Under the pieces are notes generated by a model that was given only the letters and a program-made list of their open reading frames with translations, searched no databases and was not told the DNA's origin. From the NCBI GenBank assembly GCA_964016885.1, contig OZ024741.1, positions 75,206,001-75,270,000 of the forward strand: 64,000 bases of DNA, given 5' to 3'. Positions 38,198 to 50,300 of the stretch are shown in pieces; position 1 is the first letter of the stretch; every line of letters starts with the position of its first letter. This stretch comes from Eledone cirrhosa. Taxonomy: Eukaryota. The position numbers and the translations under genes are program-made.

Positions 38198-38762
38198 TTT
38201 GTGTATAGTGTTTAATAGCTATTATTGTGTGTATAGTGTTTAATAGCTATTATTGTGTGTATAGTGTTTAATAGCTATTATTGTGTGTATAGTGTTTAAT
38301 AGCTATTATTGTGTGTATAGTGTTTAATAGCTATTATTGTGTGTATAGTGTTTAATAGCTATTATTGTGTGTATAGTGTTTAATAGCTATTATTGTGTGT
38401 ATAGTGTTTAATAGCTATTATTGTGTGTATAGTGTTTAATAGCTATTATTGTGTGTATAGTGTTTAATAGCTATTATTGTGTGTATAGTGTTTAATAGCT
38501 ATTATTGTGTGTATAGTGTTTAATAGCTATTATTGTGTGTATAGTGTTTAATAGCTATTATTGTGTGTATAGTGTTTAATAGCTATTATTGTGTGTATAG
38601 TGTTTAATAGCTATTATTGTGTGTATAGTGTTTAATAGCTATTATTGTGTGTATAGTGTTTAATAGTCTGTTTCCAATGCCAATTGTTTTTCTTTGTGTA
38701 TAGTGTTTAATAGCTATTATTGTGTGTATAGTGTTTAATAGCTATTATTGTGTGTATAGTGT
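38198..38762. repeat. 28-bp minisatellite, ~19 copies
   Basis: Unit ttgtgtgtatagtgtttaatagctatta, interrupted at 38667-38695 by a copy of the left flank. Confidence 0.95.
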
Positions 38763-39255
38763 ATAGTGTATAGTTAGTGGTTACTGTGTATTTAGTATCT
38801 ATAGGGTATTAGTGTGTGTAGTGTAATGGGTATTACTACGCATGTAGTGGGTAGTAATATTACTGTATGAATAGTGTGTAATGGGCATTATTGTTTAGCA
38901 GGTATTATTATGTGTAGTAGATACTAATGTGTGTGTTTAATATGGATAACAGTATGTAATGTTTTCAGCTTCTATAGAGGCATCCAGCTTTAGAAACCAT
39001 GCCAGAAAAGTTCCACGAGCACTCATCATTTGTGTCCAGAGCATGACAATATACCAAGTGCTGATCCATTATAGAATGCTCTCTGTAGAGTGGTGGAGTG
39101 TATGTGAACGATGTGTGCCTGTCTGAGATGCCAGAGGCTTCAATTAAGTATTAACATGGCCTGTGATAACTCATCCAACACCCGCTAGCAGGGAAATTGT
39201 ATGTTAAATGGTGATGATGATATATATACATATGAATATATATATATACATACAT

Positions 39256-39288
<33 letters not shown>

Positions 39289-39887
39289 CATGCACACACA
39301 CACACATATATATATATATTTCATATACAAATGATTTCTACTGGATTAGATCTGTTTCATTCCTTTGAAATCATCAAGAATGTAGTGGTGTAGTGGGTTT
39401 TACAGGACATTCCTGATGATTTCAAACAACTGAAAGAGTTCTAGTTCTATATGAAATAAATATTATCTTCTCTATTAATGTATTGAGTACCTTATTTAAC
39501 TGTGGTTCTCTTCTATTTCCCAAGCAAATGACTATTCTTTATATATTTATTTTTCTTTAGGTTGTATGGTTTAACTAATAGGTAGCTGGGTTTGTGATTC
39601 AGTCATTCGAATCAGCAGATCATGATGCAATAAGCAAAAAGCATCCAAAATCATCTGTATCTTCCATTATAGATGTGGTCTCTTGGGAGTTGGACAGGAA
39701 CAGAGTTAAATACTTCAATGAAAAATATGTGATGGTCAGATTCCAATAACTTGCTATACTGTTGCATAATACACTGATTGAAATACATCATGGTCTGATG
39801 GCATAATCAATTAGCCACAGATATATGTATCATGCAACAATAAAACAAGTTATTGGAATCTGGCCTTCACATATTTTTCATTGAGGT

Positions 39888-40200
39888 CATCATCATCACC
39901 ATTTAATGTCCATTTTTCCATGCTAACATGGGTTAGATAAGTTGTCCAGTTGTGAGATATGCTAGGTCAGATGATCACGTCTTGCTCATACAGAACTGAT
40001 TTTGGCTTGGTTTCTATGGCTAGATGCCCTTCCTAATGCCAACCACATTTACAGTGTGTACTGGGTGCTTTTTGTCATGTCACCTACATGACCACTTTAC
40101 AGTGTGAGCTGGGCGTTTTTGTTGTGTTGCCATCACAACAACTTTACAGGGTTGACTGGGAACTTTGATGGGGGAGTTGTGTGAGGATTGGGGAGGTAGA
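39888..40200 (-). mobile_element. RTE-type 3' tail element (also 5190-5385 -, 18170-18385 +, 21280-21510 +, 43360-43605 +)
   Basis: (CAT)n, ccatgctaacatggg, atgcccttcctaa and cactttacagtgtg units. Confidence 0.72.
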
Positions 40201-40290
40201 TACAGGGGACGTGTTTTAGGGGAGGAGTATTTTACTGACAAAATATATAATATTGACTTCTTCATCAATCTTTAATAAGCTACGTTTGTG

Positions 40291-40335
<45 letters not shown>

Positions 40336-40339
40336 TAAT

Positions 40340-40370
<31 letters not shown>

Positions 40371-41714
40371 CTTACAGTAAACATTGATGCAATTCAATTC
40401 AAGCACTCGTCATGTTACTTATTCAAAATAAGAATGATGGGATATAATTAGAATGAGGAAAATACGAAGTTGTAGATGTTAAAAAGTCCATTATTCATAA
40501 ATAGATATTTCGATGACGATCATGGCTACTTGATTTTATGTAATCATTTACATGATCTCATCAGACAGCAACATTAAGTAAAAAGGTTACTTTTCTGAGG
40601 CAATCCAGACCAAGAGGCTAGGGAACGGCCAAAAATATATATATAACCCACAAACTTTGCCTTATTAAAGTTTGTAGAAGAAGTCAAATATTATATATTC
40701 TGTCTGTAAAAAAAAAATGATTATGCAATAGTGATGAAAATTACTGCAACTGCATGTATCCTCTCCACTGTGACTCAGTCTTGAAAGTCAATGGTTATAA
40801 AGGTTATTATTCTACTGACATTCTTACAAATGTACATTCTATTTGGTATCATCATTGTTTGATTCTCATGAGGTTTTATATATATTTTTCCTCTATACTT
40901 TTGTTCTAGTAGTTTTGGCATGTGAAAATTCTTGGCAATGTGCCAAACATTATGATGTTTTCATATAATATCTATGTCTACACTTTTACACTGTTTTGTT
41001 GTGACAATCCCTTCCTACTCACACACACATATGTGGTAATCTAAATAGAGGAAACAAAACTCAATACATAGATAGAATGGTGCATATTTTATTACAGCTT
41101 TACAGCTTTTATAATAAAAATAATGGTTTCTTTATTAGCCACAGGTCTTTGTACATGGAAATACAGTCAAAATTATAAATGTAATGAGTGCAATACATGT
41201 AAGGCTAGACAGAGAAAATTATATAAAAACGAGGGTGTGGACAAGGATGTTATAGAATAGACAGATTAATTTGATAAAGCATGAAATAAATATAAAAATA
41301 TTATAAAACATGCAGTGGAATTGAATGTGGGACCTCATGATTATGAAGTGGATTTGTTAACCACTCTGTCATGCCTGTGTCCACACTAGTTATACACAAC
41401 ACACATATAGACAGTGAAGTGGCAGAATCAATTAGGTGTCAGATTGAGTGCTTTTGCATTTATGCCAGCTATCTGTGCTTTCTCTTCAAATCCTACTAAG
41501 GTCAATTTCATCTTTCATCTTTTCAGAGGTCAATAATGTACCAGTAGTAAATTGGTGAAGTGGTTCAATAATCGTTGGTCAAGATACAAAAGAATATATA
41601 AACAGCCTAGGAACATGTATGTGGTTGCTAATTTTGCTAGAAAGAACAACAAAATTTACCTAAAATCATACTCTACTGTCTAATGTGACTACATTATTCA
41701 TAAATGGAAGTTGA

Positions 41715-42200
41715 CATGCCTAAATGGTTAAGAAGTCTGCTTTGCAATCATGAGGTCCTGGGTTCTAACTACTATGTGGCATTTTGGGCAAGTTAGTTTT
41801 CCATAGCTCTATTTCTAGTCTATCAATCAACCATGTAGATCTTTCATGAAAGTTGATGCTAAAACAAGACATGGTATTGATAATGAAGACAATATTCATA
41901 GACATAGCTGTTTGGTTTTAAGTTAAGTCCTGCTACGTAGCACTTTGGAATAGTGTCTTGTAAAGTCTTGGGTGGACCAATGATTTGTGAGTGAAATTTG
42001 ATAGATGGAAATTGTGCAGAAGCCTGTCATATACATACATGTGTCTGTGTATGTCTCATAACTTAGTGGTTCAACTTAAAGAAATTGATAAAATTAGTAT
42101 CAGACTTGAAAACAAGTACTGGAGTTGATATGATTAGTTATATTCTTTCAAGGTGGTGTCCCATCATGGACACAGTCTAATGATTGAAACCATTGAAAGA
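41715..42200 (+). mobile_element. Degenerate tRNA-derived CORE-like SINEs (also 62143-62290, 62833-63170, 35270-35380)
   Basis: tggttaagaag..tgcttt.caatcatg..gtcctgggttc head, ttgggcaagt core and gatagatggaaa.tg body. Confidence 0.6.
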
Positions 42201-42709
42201 ATAAAAGAATAATAACAATGTCACAATAATGATGTGGATGAAGAGAATAATAATATGACTGGAACTGTGAAAGTGGAAGAAGAGAGGGAGAGATATACTG
42301 AGAGAGATGGGGAGATATATTGAGAACGACAGACAGTAAATTAGACATACACAGAGAGTAAGAATAAAAATGAGAGAGAAATGGCAAGGTCAGATGAAAG
42401 CAAGGAAATAGAAATAAAAAAGATTATATCTATATTATATATATGAATTATAGATTAATAATAGGTGACATGTTAATTTGGCATGCTGCTATCATAAAAT
42501 CTCTGCATTACATATTATGCTACATTAAATACTTAATTCCTGTATTATTTTAGTCAAGACTCTCATAATCTCAAAATTTCGAATTAAATTTCGTCAATGT
42601 TCAAGATGTAGCCATTAATATATTTATATATGTGCATATATATACACTAATGTATATATATATATATGTGAGTGTGTGTATGTATGTGCATATATATATG
42701 TGTATATAT

Positions 42710-42818
<109 letters not shown>

Positions 42819-44070
42819 GTACATATATATGTATGTATGTATATATATATGAGCATATATAATCAGAAACATTATGATTATAAAATATTTAAAAAGATAG
42901 TTAAAATCTTCATAAATTTTTTTAGATTCATCAGATAACTCTTCAAATGTCAAGATTATTGTCTTTTAATGAAATCTATGAAATGGTAATTCTAACCTAT
43001 TGCCTCGCATAACATATTGTGAAAAACTAGAATGCCTCACTAAATAGCTGCAAGCTCTCGGGGAAACATATCTATTATGTGGTTGCTATGTTGTTATTGT
43101 TATCATTTTTTTCCTGTTATTGTTGTTGTTACTGTTGTCTTAGTTACTGTTTTTTTTATCTAATCAATTATTAGCATTCTAACCATGACCATCTCGTCTT
43201 TATCCTCTTTGTTCTTCAGTGCAGTAGAATGTCTTGAACTCTATATGACTGAGTAGATAAGAAGATCAATTTGCAATCATAATGTCCTGGGATCAATCCT
43301 CCTGTATGGGATCTTGAGTAATTATCTTTTTCCTTTACCATAATGTTTGGTTAACCCAGGCTTGGTGACACAACAAAATGCACTCAGTCCACACTGTAAA
43401 GTGGTTGTGTGGGAGACACCGTAAAAAGCTCCAGTCCACACTATAAAAGTGGTTGGTGTTAGGAAGGGTATCCAGTCGTAGAAAACCTGCCAGAGACACT
43501 TCCGTACAAGCGAGTCATGGTCTCCTGACCAATCCCGTACCAAATGGAACAAAACCATCTAACCCATGCTAGCATGGAAGATGGATGTTAAACGATGATG
43601 ATCATGATGTAACCAGCATACAATTCGTAATGTTCCTAGTAACCCAGTCATTAACCCTAACTGCAATTGTAGAAAATGGAAATTTGCCTTCTTAAGAGTA
43701 ATTGTCATATAAGTAATGTAAAATATCAAAGTGCTGTTTCCACACCTCCTTGCACTAAAGTATATATTGGAGCAACTTCGAATAGGTTTCATTACTACAT
43801 ACATCTTACAAACGTAATGTACAGACTTCATCTCTCTCCCTCCACAAATCTTAATTCTCGTATTTTCAAAACAATCCATATTTCGTATCAAGTCCAAATA
43901 GCCAATCTATCGCTAAAACAAACTACATTTTCTGTTTCTATTAATTGCTAAATACGTAGGTTTTTGGACGTATTTAACAGAACAAATTTTGTATTTTTGT
44001 TAATCGCTTGTTAAATGCATGGACCCCACTCAATCATTACCTTCTTGCTAGCTACCCAACACCCCTCCCA

Positions 44071-44167
44071 CCCCCACGCACCACCATTGCTATTACGTGG
44101 ACCAATCATAAAACAGAGCCCCCACGCATCACCAGTATTATTACGCGGACCAATCAGAAACCAGAGG
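44071..44167 (+). promoter_or_regulatory. Two tandem ~48-bp monomers, each with a CCAAT box (putative internal promoter)
   Basis: cccccacgca..tattacg(t/c)ggaccaatca..cagag occurs twice; CCAAT at 44102 and 44150. Confidence 0.5.
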
Positions 44168-44220
44168 CCTATACTATCGCTTGCCTGGTTGCCTTTCGAT
44201 ATACGATATATGATGGATGG

Positions 44221-47200
44221 ATGGACTGCGGAATCCTGGAGAGTGGAGGTGAGAGAGAAAAATCTGGACGCTCAGCGACAATGCCAAAGATAAAGACAAA
44301 TTCACCTCTTGGACGAGAATGCGAGCACTCCTCATTGTTTCGACCGCGGACGGCTAACATAACCCCATCGCCCCCCGCCCCTCACCGCCCCCAACCCCCA
44401 AACGCAATCCAAAACCTCAGAGTTGGTACCATAAATGTAGGCACCCTAAAGGGTCGCGCTAACGAGGTTGTAGAAATGCTTGAACGTAAGGAGGTCGATG
44501 TTTGTTGTATTCAAGAGACCAGGTGGAGGGGTGGGTCTGCTAGGTTCATTGAGGGTAAAAAACGATGTTATAAGCTTTTCTGGGTGGGAAACGACGATGG
44601 GCTGGGTGGAGTAGGAATCATGGTAGCAGAAAAGTGGGCAGATAAGATAATAGACGTAAATAGAGTGAACGACAGAATAATTAAAATACGACTTGTCCTC
44701 AATAGAACTACGGTGACAGTAATATCTGCGTACGCACCCCAATCCGGACTGCCCGACACTATAAAAGACAGATTCTATGAGACACTGATGCTAACTACCT
44801 CCCAAATATCCGACAGTGACTATATAATTATCGCAGGCGACCTAAATGGTCACGTTGGACAACATTGTGACGGCTACGACGAAATCCATGGAGGCTATGG
44901 GTTTGGTACTAGAAATGAGGAAGGCTCCAGAATCCTGGAATTCTGTGATGCAAATAACCTAACTATCTGTAACACTAACTTCAAAAAACGTGACAATCAC
45001 CTGATCACCTATAGATCCGGGGAACACACAAGCCAGGTAGATTATATCCTTACCAGAAGACGTGACAGAGTGTCTGTTGTAAACACTCAATCCCTCCCCC
45101 ATGAAGAATGCACCTCCCAACATAGACTGATAATTAGCGACCTCATAGTCAGGACGAGACGTACTCGACAACAGAAGAGGACTATCCTCAGGAGGAAAAT
45201 ATGGAAGCTAAAGGACCCCACAGCCAGGAATAAATTTCAAAGCATATTACTTGATGCTTTCGACAGTAAGGAAGAACATTTAGAGTCGGACAATATAGAG
45301 GGAGAGTGGGAATTTCTGAAAGCAAACCTGCTGTTGGCGACAGACGAAGTCTGTGGCTGGAGCAGGCCTGTAGGCAGGAGGAGAGTAACATGGTGGTGGA
45401 ACAGTAAGGTGGAGGGGTCAATTAAGGCCAAAAAGCAGGCTTGGAAAGTATGGCGGGATGGGGGAAGTAGAGAGGACTATCAAGTGGCCAGGAGGGAAGC
45501 TAGGAGACAAGTGTACTTAGCAAGAAGGGAAGCTGAGGAAAGAAAGTTCAAGCATGTTCTACAACGCGATGACCAAAAACGTGAGGTGTTCAGGATTGCT
45601 AGGCAATGCGTCAAGGAAAACCGTGATATTGTCGGGGAGAAGTGTGTACTAAACGACGATGGCACACTTGCCATCACCGACGCTGATAAGAAGGTAGCTT
45701 GGAAGTGTCACTATGAAAGGCTACTAAATGAGGAGAATAATTGGGAGAAAGGCAGTCTCCCCCATATCGACCCAATAGAGGGACCAGCAGTGTTAGTCGA
45801 GGGGAGTATAATAAGTAAGGCAATCAAGGATATGAAGACTGGTAAGGCGGCTGGGCCTTCGGAAATAGTTGCTGAGATGCTGAAGGCATCTGGCACGGTG
45901 GGACACACCATGGTCACCCGCATAGTTAACCAAGTCGTACAGAATGGGGTTGTTCCGAAGGACTGGCATAGCAGCATCATCGTTAACTGTTATAAGGGTA
46001 AAGGAGACGCCCTAGATAGGAGTAACTATAGAGGCATTAAATTAATCGACCAGGTCATGAAGGTCACGGAAAAAGTAATAGCGCAACTAATCAGAGAGAG
46101 AATTGACCTAGATGAAATGCAGTTCGGGTTTGTGTCAGGCAAAAGTACCACAGACGCTCTTTTCATAGTACGACAACTACAGGAGAAGTACCTAGCTAAA
46201 GGTAAACCCCTCTACTTAGCTTTTGTCGACTTGGAGAAAGCCTTCGACAGAGTCCCCCGCTCCATTATCTGGTGGGCTCTTAGAAAACTAGGCGTTGACG
46301 AATGGCTTGTGAGGGCTATACAAGCCATGTATAAAGAAACAGTCAGCAAGGTTAGAATTAACAACGAATATAGTGAAGAGTTTAGCGTAAAAGTTGGCGT
46401 CCATCAGGGCTCTGTTCTCAGTCCACTACTATTTATTATTGCCCTTCAGGCTATAACAGAGGAGTTCAAGACAGGCTGCCCATGGGAACTCCTATACGCA
46501 GACGACCTGACACTCATAGCGGAATCAATGGCCGAGCTAGAGAAGAAACTCCAAACATGGAAGCACGGCCTAGAGTCAAAAGGACTTAAAATTAACCTGG
46601 CTAAGACCAAAGTACTAGTTTGTAGGAAAGAAAACAAGGCGGCGGTCCCTTCTGGGAAATGGTCGTGCTCGGTGTGTAGGAAAGGCGTAGGTAGAAACTC
46701 CATTTTATGTCCTAAATGCAAAGTATGGGTGCATAAAAGATGTAGTGGGATCACAGGTAAGCTAACTAAGAACATAGATTTTACATGTGGCCGGTGCTCT
46801 GGTGCAATAAGTAGCAGCAAGTGCCCACAAACTACTAGCTCTTTCAATTGCGCAGAGGGTTCTATAGAAATAGTGGACAGCTTCCGTTACCTGGGCGATA
46901 AAATCAGCAGTGGGGGAGGGTGCTCTGAAAGTACTGTAGCTAGAGTCAGAACTGGTTGGAAAAAGTTCAGAGAGCTTATACCACTATTAGCTGCTAAAGG
47001 GTTCTCACTAAAAATGAAAGGCAGGTTGTACGATGCCTGCATACGAACAGCAATGCTGCATGGCAGTGAGACCTGGGCATTGTGTGCAGAGGATATACGC
47101 AGACTAGAGAGGAACGAAGCTTGCATGCTCCGCTGGATGTGTAACAGTAATATACGTGAACGGCAAAGCATAAACGAACTAAGGAAAAAATTAGAGATAA

Positions 47201-47451
47201 GAGGGATCAGATGTTGTTTACTCGAGAGAAGGCTACGTTGGTATGGACACGTGATGCGCATGAAAGTCGATAGCTGTATAACAAAGTGCAGGGCAATAAA
47301 GATAGACGGTAGTCACGGAATAGGCAGACCTAGAAAAACCTGGGACGAGCTGATAAACTCCGACATCACACACTTACACTTCTCCAAGACAATGTCACTG
47401 GACCGAGACCTTTGGCGGTACTCAGTAACAGAGAAGACCCGCCTTACCTAA
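44221..47451 (+). CDS. RTE ORF: AP endonuclease plus reverse transcriptase with an inserted PHD-like zinc finger (1076 aa from the first in-frame ATG)
   Basis: Uninterrupted frame. APE motifs TINVGTL, IQETRW, AYAPQ, GDLNGH, DYIL and SQH; RT motifs QFGF, FVDLEKAFDRV, HQGSVLSP, YADD and FRYLG. Confidence 0.95.
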   Translation: MDCGILESGGEREKSGRSATMPKIKTNSPLGRECEHSSLFRPRTANITPSPPAPHRPQPPNAIQNLRVGTINVGTLKGRANEVVEMLERKEVDVCCIQETRWRGGSARFIEGKKRCYKLFWVGNDDGLGGVGIMVAEKWADKIIDVNRVNDRIIKIRLVLNRTTVTVISAYAPQSGLPDTIKDRFYETLMLTTSQISDSDYIIIAGDLNGHVGQHCDGYDEIHGGYGFGTRNEEGSRILEFCDANNLTICNTNFKKRDNHLITYRSGEHTSQVDYILTRRRDRVSVVNTQSLPHEECTSQHRLIISDLIVRTRRTRQQKRTILRRKIWKLKDPTARNKFQSILLDAFDSKEEHLESDNIEGEWEFLKANLLLATDEVCGWSRPVGRRRVTWWWNSKVEGSIKAKKQAWKVWRDGGSREDYQVARREARRQVYLARREAEERKFKHVLQRDDQKREVFRIARQCVKENRDIVGEKCVLNDDGTLAITDADKKVAWKCHYERLLNEENNWEKGSLPHIDPIEGPAVLVEGSIISKAIKDMKTGKAAGPSEIVAEMLKASGTVGHTMVTRIVNQVVQNGVVPKDWHSSIIVNCYKGKGDALDRSNYRGIKLIDQVMKVTEKVIAQLIRERIDLDEMQFGFVSGKSTTDALFIVRQLQEKYLAKGKPLYLAFVDLEKAFDRVPRSIIWWALRKLGVDEWLVRAIQAMYKETVSKVRINNEYSEEFSVKVGVHQGSVLSPLLFIIALQAITEEFKTGCPWELLYADDLTLIAESMAELEKKLQTWKHGLESKGLKINLAKTKVLVCRKENKAAVPSGKWSCSVCRKGVGRNSILCPKCKVWVHKRCSGITGKLTKNIDFTCGRCSGAISSSKCPQTTSSFNCAEGSIEIVDSFRYLGDKISSGGGCSESTVARVRTGWKKFRELIPLLAAKGFSLKMKGRLYDACIRTAMLHGSETWALCAEDIRRLERNEACMLRWMCNSNIRERQSINELRKKLEIRGIRCCLLERRLRWYGHVMRMKVDSCITKCRAIKIDGSHGIGRPRKTWDELINSDITHLHFSKTMSLDRDLWRYSVTEKTRLT

Positions 47452-48678
47452 ATATATAGTAAAACCTACTCCAGCCAGTAGGCATCTCTAACAAAATACA
47501 CCCCGTCTCACCACCACCACCCCCACCCGATCCACACCACCCCGTTCTATGTAAAGTTATGTTGGTGCCGCGCCATCGAGGCCGAAACAAATGAGATCGT
47601 GTAGGTGTCACGACAAAAAAACACACAGTCCACGCTGTAATGTGGCCGTGTAGGCAACACGGTAAAAACCTCCCAGACCCACACTGTAAATGTGGTTGGT
47701 GTTAGGAAGGGCATCCAACTGTAGAAAACCTTCCAGACAGTCCTATGCGAGCAAGACAATCACTCTTGCCTCAAGTGGGACTACCCCCGTCCAAACCCAT
47801 GCAAGCGTGGAACACGGACGTTAAACGTTGATGATGATGATGATGATGATGATCTCCATTCCTTTAAGAAAGAAAAATAAAAAAAAAATCTACCTCGCTC
47901 ACTCATTTCATATGGGGCTTAAAAATATCTAATATGGATTACTCCCTTAAATGGGATATTTTGAAAGTTTTGCAAGCCTACAAGCTCAGAAACCTCAAAT
48001 GTAATCTTTCTCTCACAGAGTGTCCCCTAATAATCAAGTCTGACTTACCATTTTTAAATAGGAAATCTAAAACCTTTTCCACATGCCTGCACAGGAATTC
48101 CTACTCATTCTACTATAGTAATATATAATAATAGACTTAAACATTTGATAGACAGCTTCATTTACATCAGTAATAGGTGAATAAACTTATGGAAATAGTT
48201 TAATTATAAGTTAGATGTCTACATAGCCATTCTCATATGGTCATTAGTGTATACTTATTGATTGATAATATATTTGGGCCTATAATAAACATATATAGTC
48301 AAGCAAACCTACCTTTGGCTTTGTCATATGTAAGAGCTTATATATAAACTCTAACCACTGTACAAGCCATTACTAACATTGGCTGTGTCGAGGGCATGTT
48401 ACCACATGATTGTGCTACGGATGTCTGATTGACAGAATACTTTAAATAGTTAACACTGGTGAAAATATGGTGATTTATTATTATTTACTCTGTGTTTATA
48501 GGAACAGAATTTTTAAGTATCAATTTTTGGTTGGAATTTAAACGGAAAATGCCTATATATGTCTTCACTTTTCATTTGAGTTAGTGTAAGTACATGATTA
48601 TATGTTATACATGGATATATGTTATCATCATCATCATCATCATTTTACGTCCGCTTTTCCCTGCTTGCATATATATAT

Positions 48679-49152
48679 ATAATTGTTTCTACTTTTGGCA
48701 CAAGGCCAGCAATTATCCCAGTGTATTACTGGTACTTTATTTTATCGACCCCATAAGGATGAAAGGCAAAGTTAACCTCGGCGGGATTTGAACTCAGATC
48801 ATAAAGAGCCGTAACTCTATGCTGTAAAGCATGGTGTCCGACTATATATATAATTGTTTCTACTATTGGCACAAGGCCAGCAATTACCCAGTACATTACT
48901 GGTACTTTATCGACCCCGTAAGGATGAAAGGCAAAGTTAACCTAGGCGGGATTTGAAATATATATAATTGTTTCTACTTTTTGGCACAAGGCCAGCAATT
49001 ACCCAGTACATTACTGGTACTTTATTTTATCGACCCCGTAAGGATGAAAGGCAAAGTTAACCTCGGCAGGATTTGAACTCGGATCAGAAAGGGGCGTAAC
49101 TCTGTGCTACAAAGCATGTTGTCCGACCCTCTACCGATACTGCCAAACCACC
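48679..49152 (-). mobile_element. Three head-to-tail Meta-like SINE copies
   Basis: Copies start at ~48681, ~48852 and ~48967. The last has an 18-bp TSD atttgaaatatatataat (48951-48968 and 49153-49170). Confidence 0.88.
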
Positions 49153-49810
49153 ATTTGAAATATATATAATATAAGTCATAAGAATACATTAATTTCATAG
49201 TTAAAGGACTAACATTTATTACATAACTCACCCGTGTTTCACCAATGAACAGGTGAGCAATATATATATAAGGAATCTATCAACATTGTATTTGGAAGAA
49301 GACAACGCAAGTCGATTTATATGGAATAGCTTTATAACACTCGAAGATGCATATAATAAATTCATTGCTTCAGAGTGGCAATTAATTAATCAATTGATTT
49401 TTGAATGAGCTGTGAACACGGGGGAAAAGGTGTTGACCTTCTGCAAAAGACAATAACAAGAAAAATTCAGGAATATATATTTATGAGTGTTTATGTGTCG
49501 AAACGAACAGAATCATTAGAAATCAGGTGTAACTTGATAATAATTATGCTATGTTCCTTCTTATTGTTTTAACAAACATACGCCATTATTTTCTTCTCAA
49601 TATAACTGGGGAAATGTTAGCAAAACAAATTATATGGAATTGAATTCTAACATTTACGTATCTAACCATACTAACAATATAAACCTCATTATTTGTTTAT
49701 GTATATGTTCCTGTGGAGCAAGGGCTGTAATTTGCTTAATAGAAAGACATGACGCACAGGGATAATCAACTCCACTGATAACATCATGACTTCATTTTCA
49801 AGTTAATTAC

Positions 49811-49865
49811 CTGTTGAATTCTGTTTACCCATGATTAAGTTACTGTTGATGAGGATATTTTCAGT
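49811..49865 (-). CDS. Candidate first coding exon (ATG at 49832): MGKQNST, N-myristoylation motif
   Basis: Acceptor ctttgctttcttctgtccag (alternative at 49891), Kozak context atcATGG, donor cag|gtaatt; MGxxxS pattern. Confidence 0.4.
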
Positions 49866-49984
49866 CTGGACAGAAGAAAGCAAAGAGTTTCTGAAAATAT
49901 AATTAGATTTTTTTTTTTTTTTTCTGTTCCAATATCATATAGAAACAATTAGCTTAATTGTGTCTGCATTAGTACTTTATATAT

Positions 49985-50300
49985 ATATATATATATTTGG
50001 TCGACTGTGCTGCATCCGGAGCAAAAACCACACTGTTCATCAGCTAGCTTGGACTCAACAATCTCTCTACTCGGCAGAGCTGTTCTGCTACAGAATGGGT
50101 CACAGGTGGTGGATAGTGGATACAACCTCCACATATGATGGTTAATTGTAATATAAGCGGCAGCTGCCAGATGAATAAGTAACCCCAAACCAACAGTGGT
50201 AAACTACGAGGTGAGATAAAGCAATGGGAGACACCTGTAGCTCCCAAGAAAATTCTCACAACTCAGTGATGTAGTTATGATGAGGCAAGTAATGGCCACC
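49985..50300 (-). mobile_element. Degenerate LINE RT fragment
   Basis: IVESKLADEQCGF..GCSTVDQI (RT domain 2). Confidence 0.55.

Larger units (their letters stand above)
43807..47853 (+). mobile_element. Full-length RTE-clade LINE (family A)
   Basis: 5' UTR, single ORF, 3' UTR and (GAT)n tail. Boundaries are defined by the interrupted Naiad sequence, with ATCT duplicated (43803-43806 and 47852-47855). Confidence 0.93.
43610..48130 (+). mobile_element. Naiad-like PLE GIY-YIG fragment split by the RTE insertion (pieces 43610-43806 and 47856-48130)
   Basis: CNCRK..C..VKYQ..KVYIGATSNRF..HL before the RTE; HSFKKE..HFIWGLK..YSLKWDIL..KCNL..E..LNRKS..CLH after it. Confidence 0.8.

Noticed and set aside
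36495-38762. Regular repeats resembling a CRISPR array
   Set aside because: Head-to-tail units with no unique spacers, no cas genes and a eukaryotic context.
43807-44070. HDV-like ribozyme in the RTE 5' UTR (known in some RTEs)
   Set aside because: I could not assemble the nested double pseudoknot by eye; it needs a descriptor search.
49811-49832. Assigning MGKQNS to neurocalcin/hippocalcin
   Set aside because: The match is only six residues (those proteins continue KL), and no EF-hand exons are visible.
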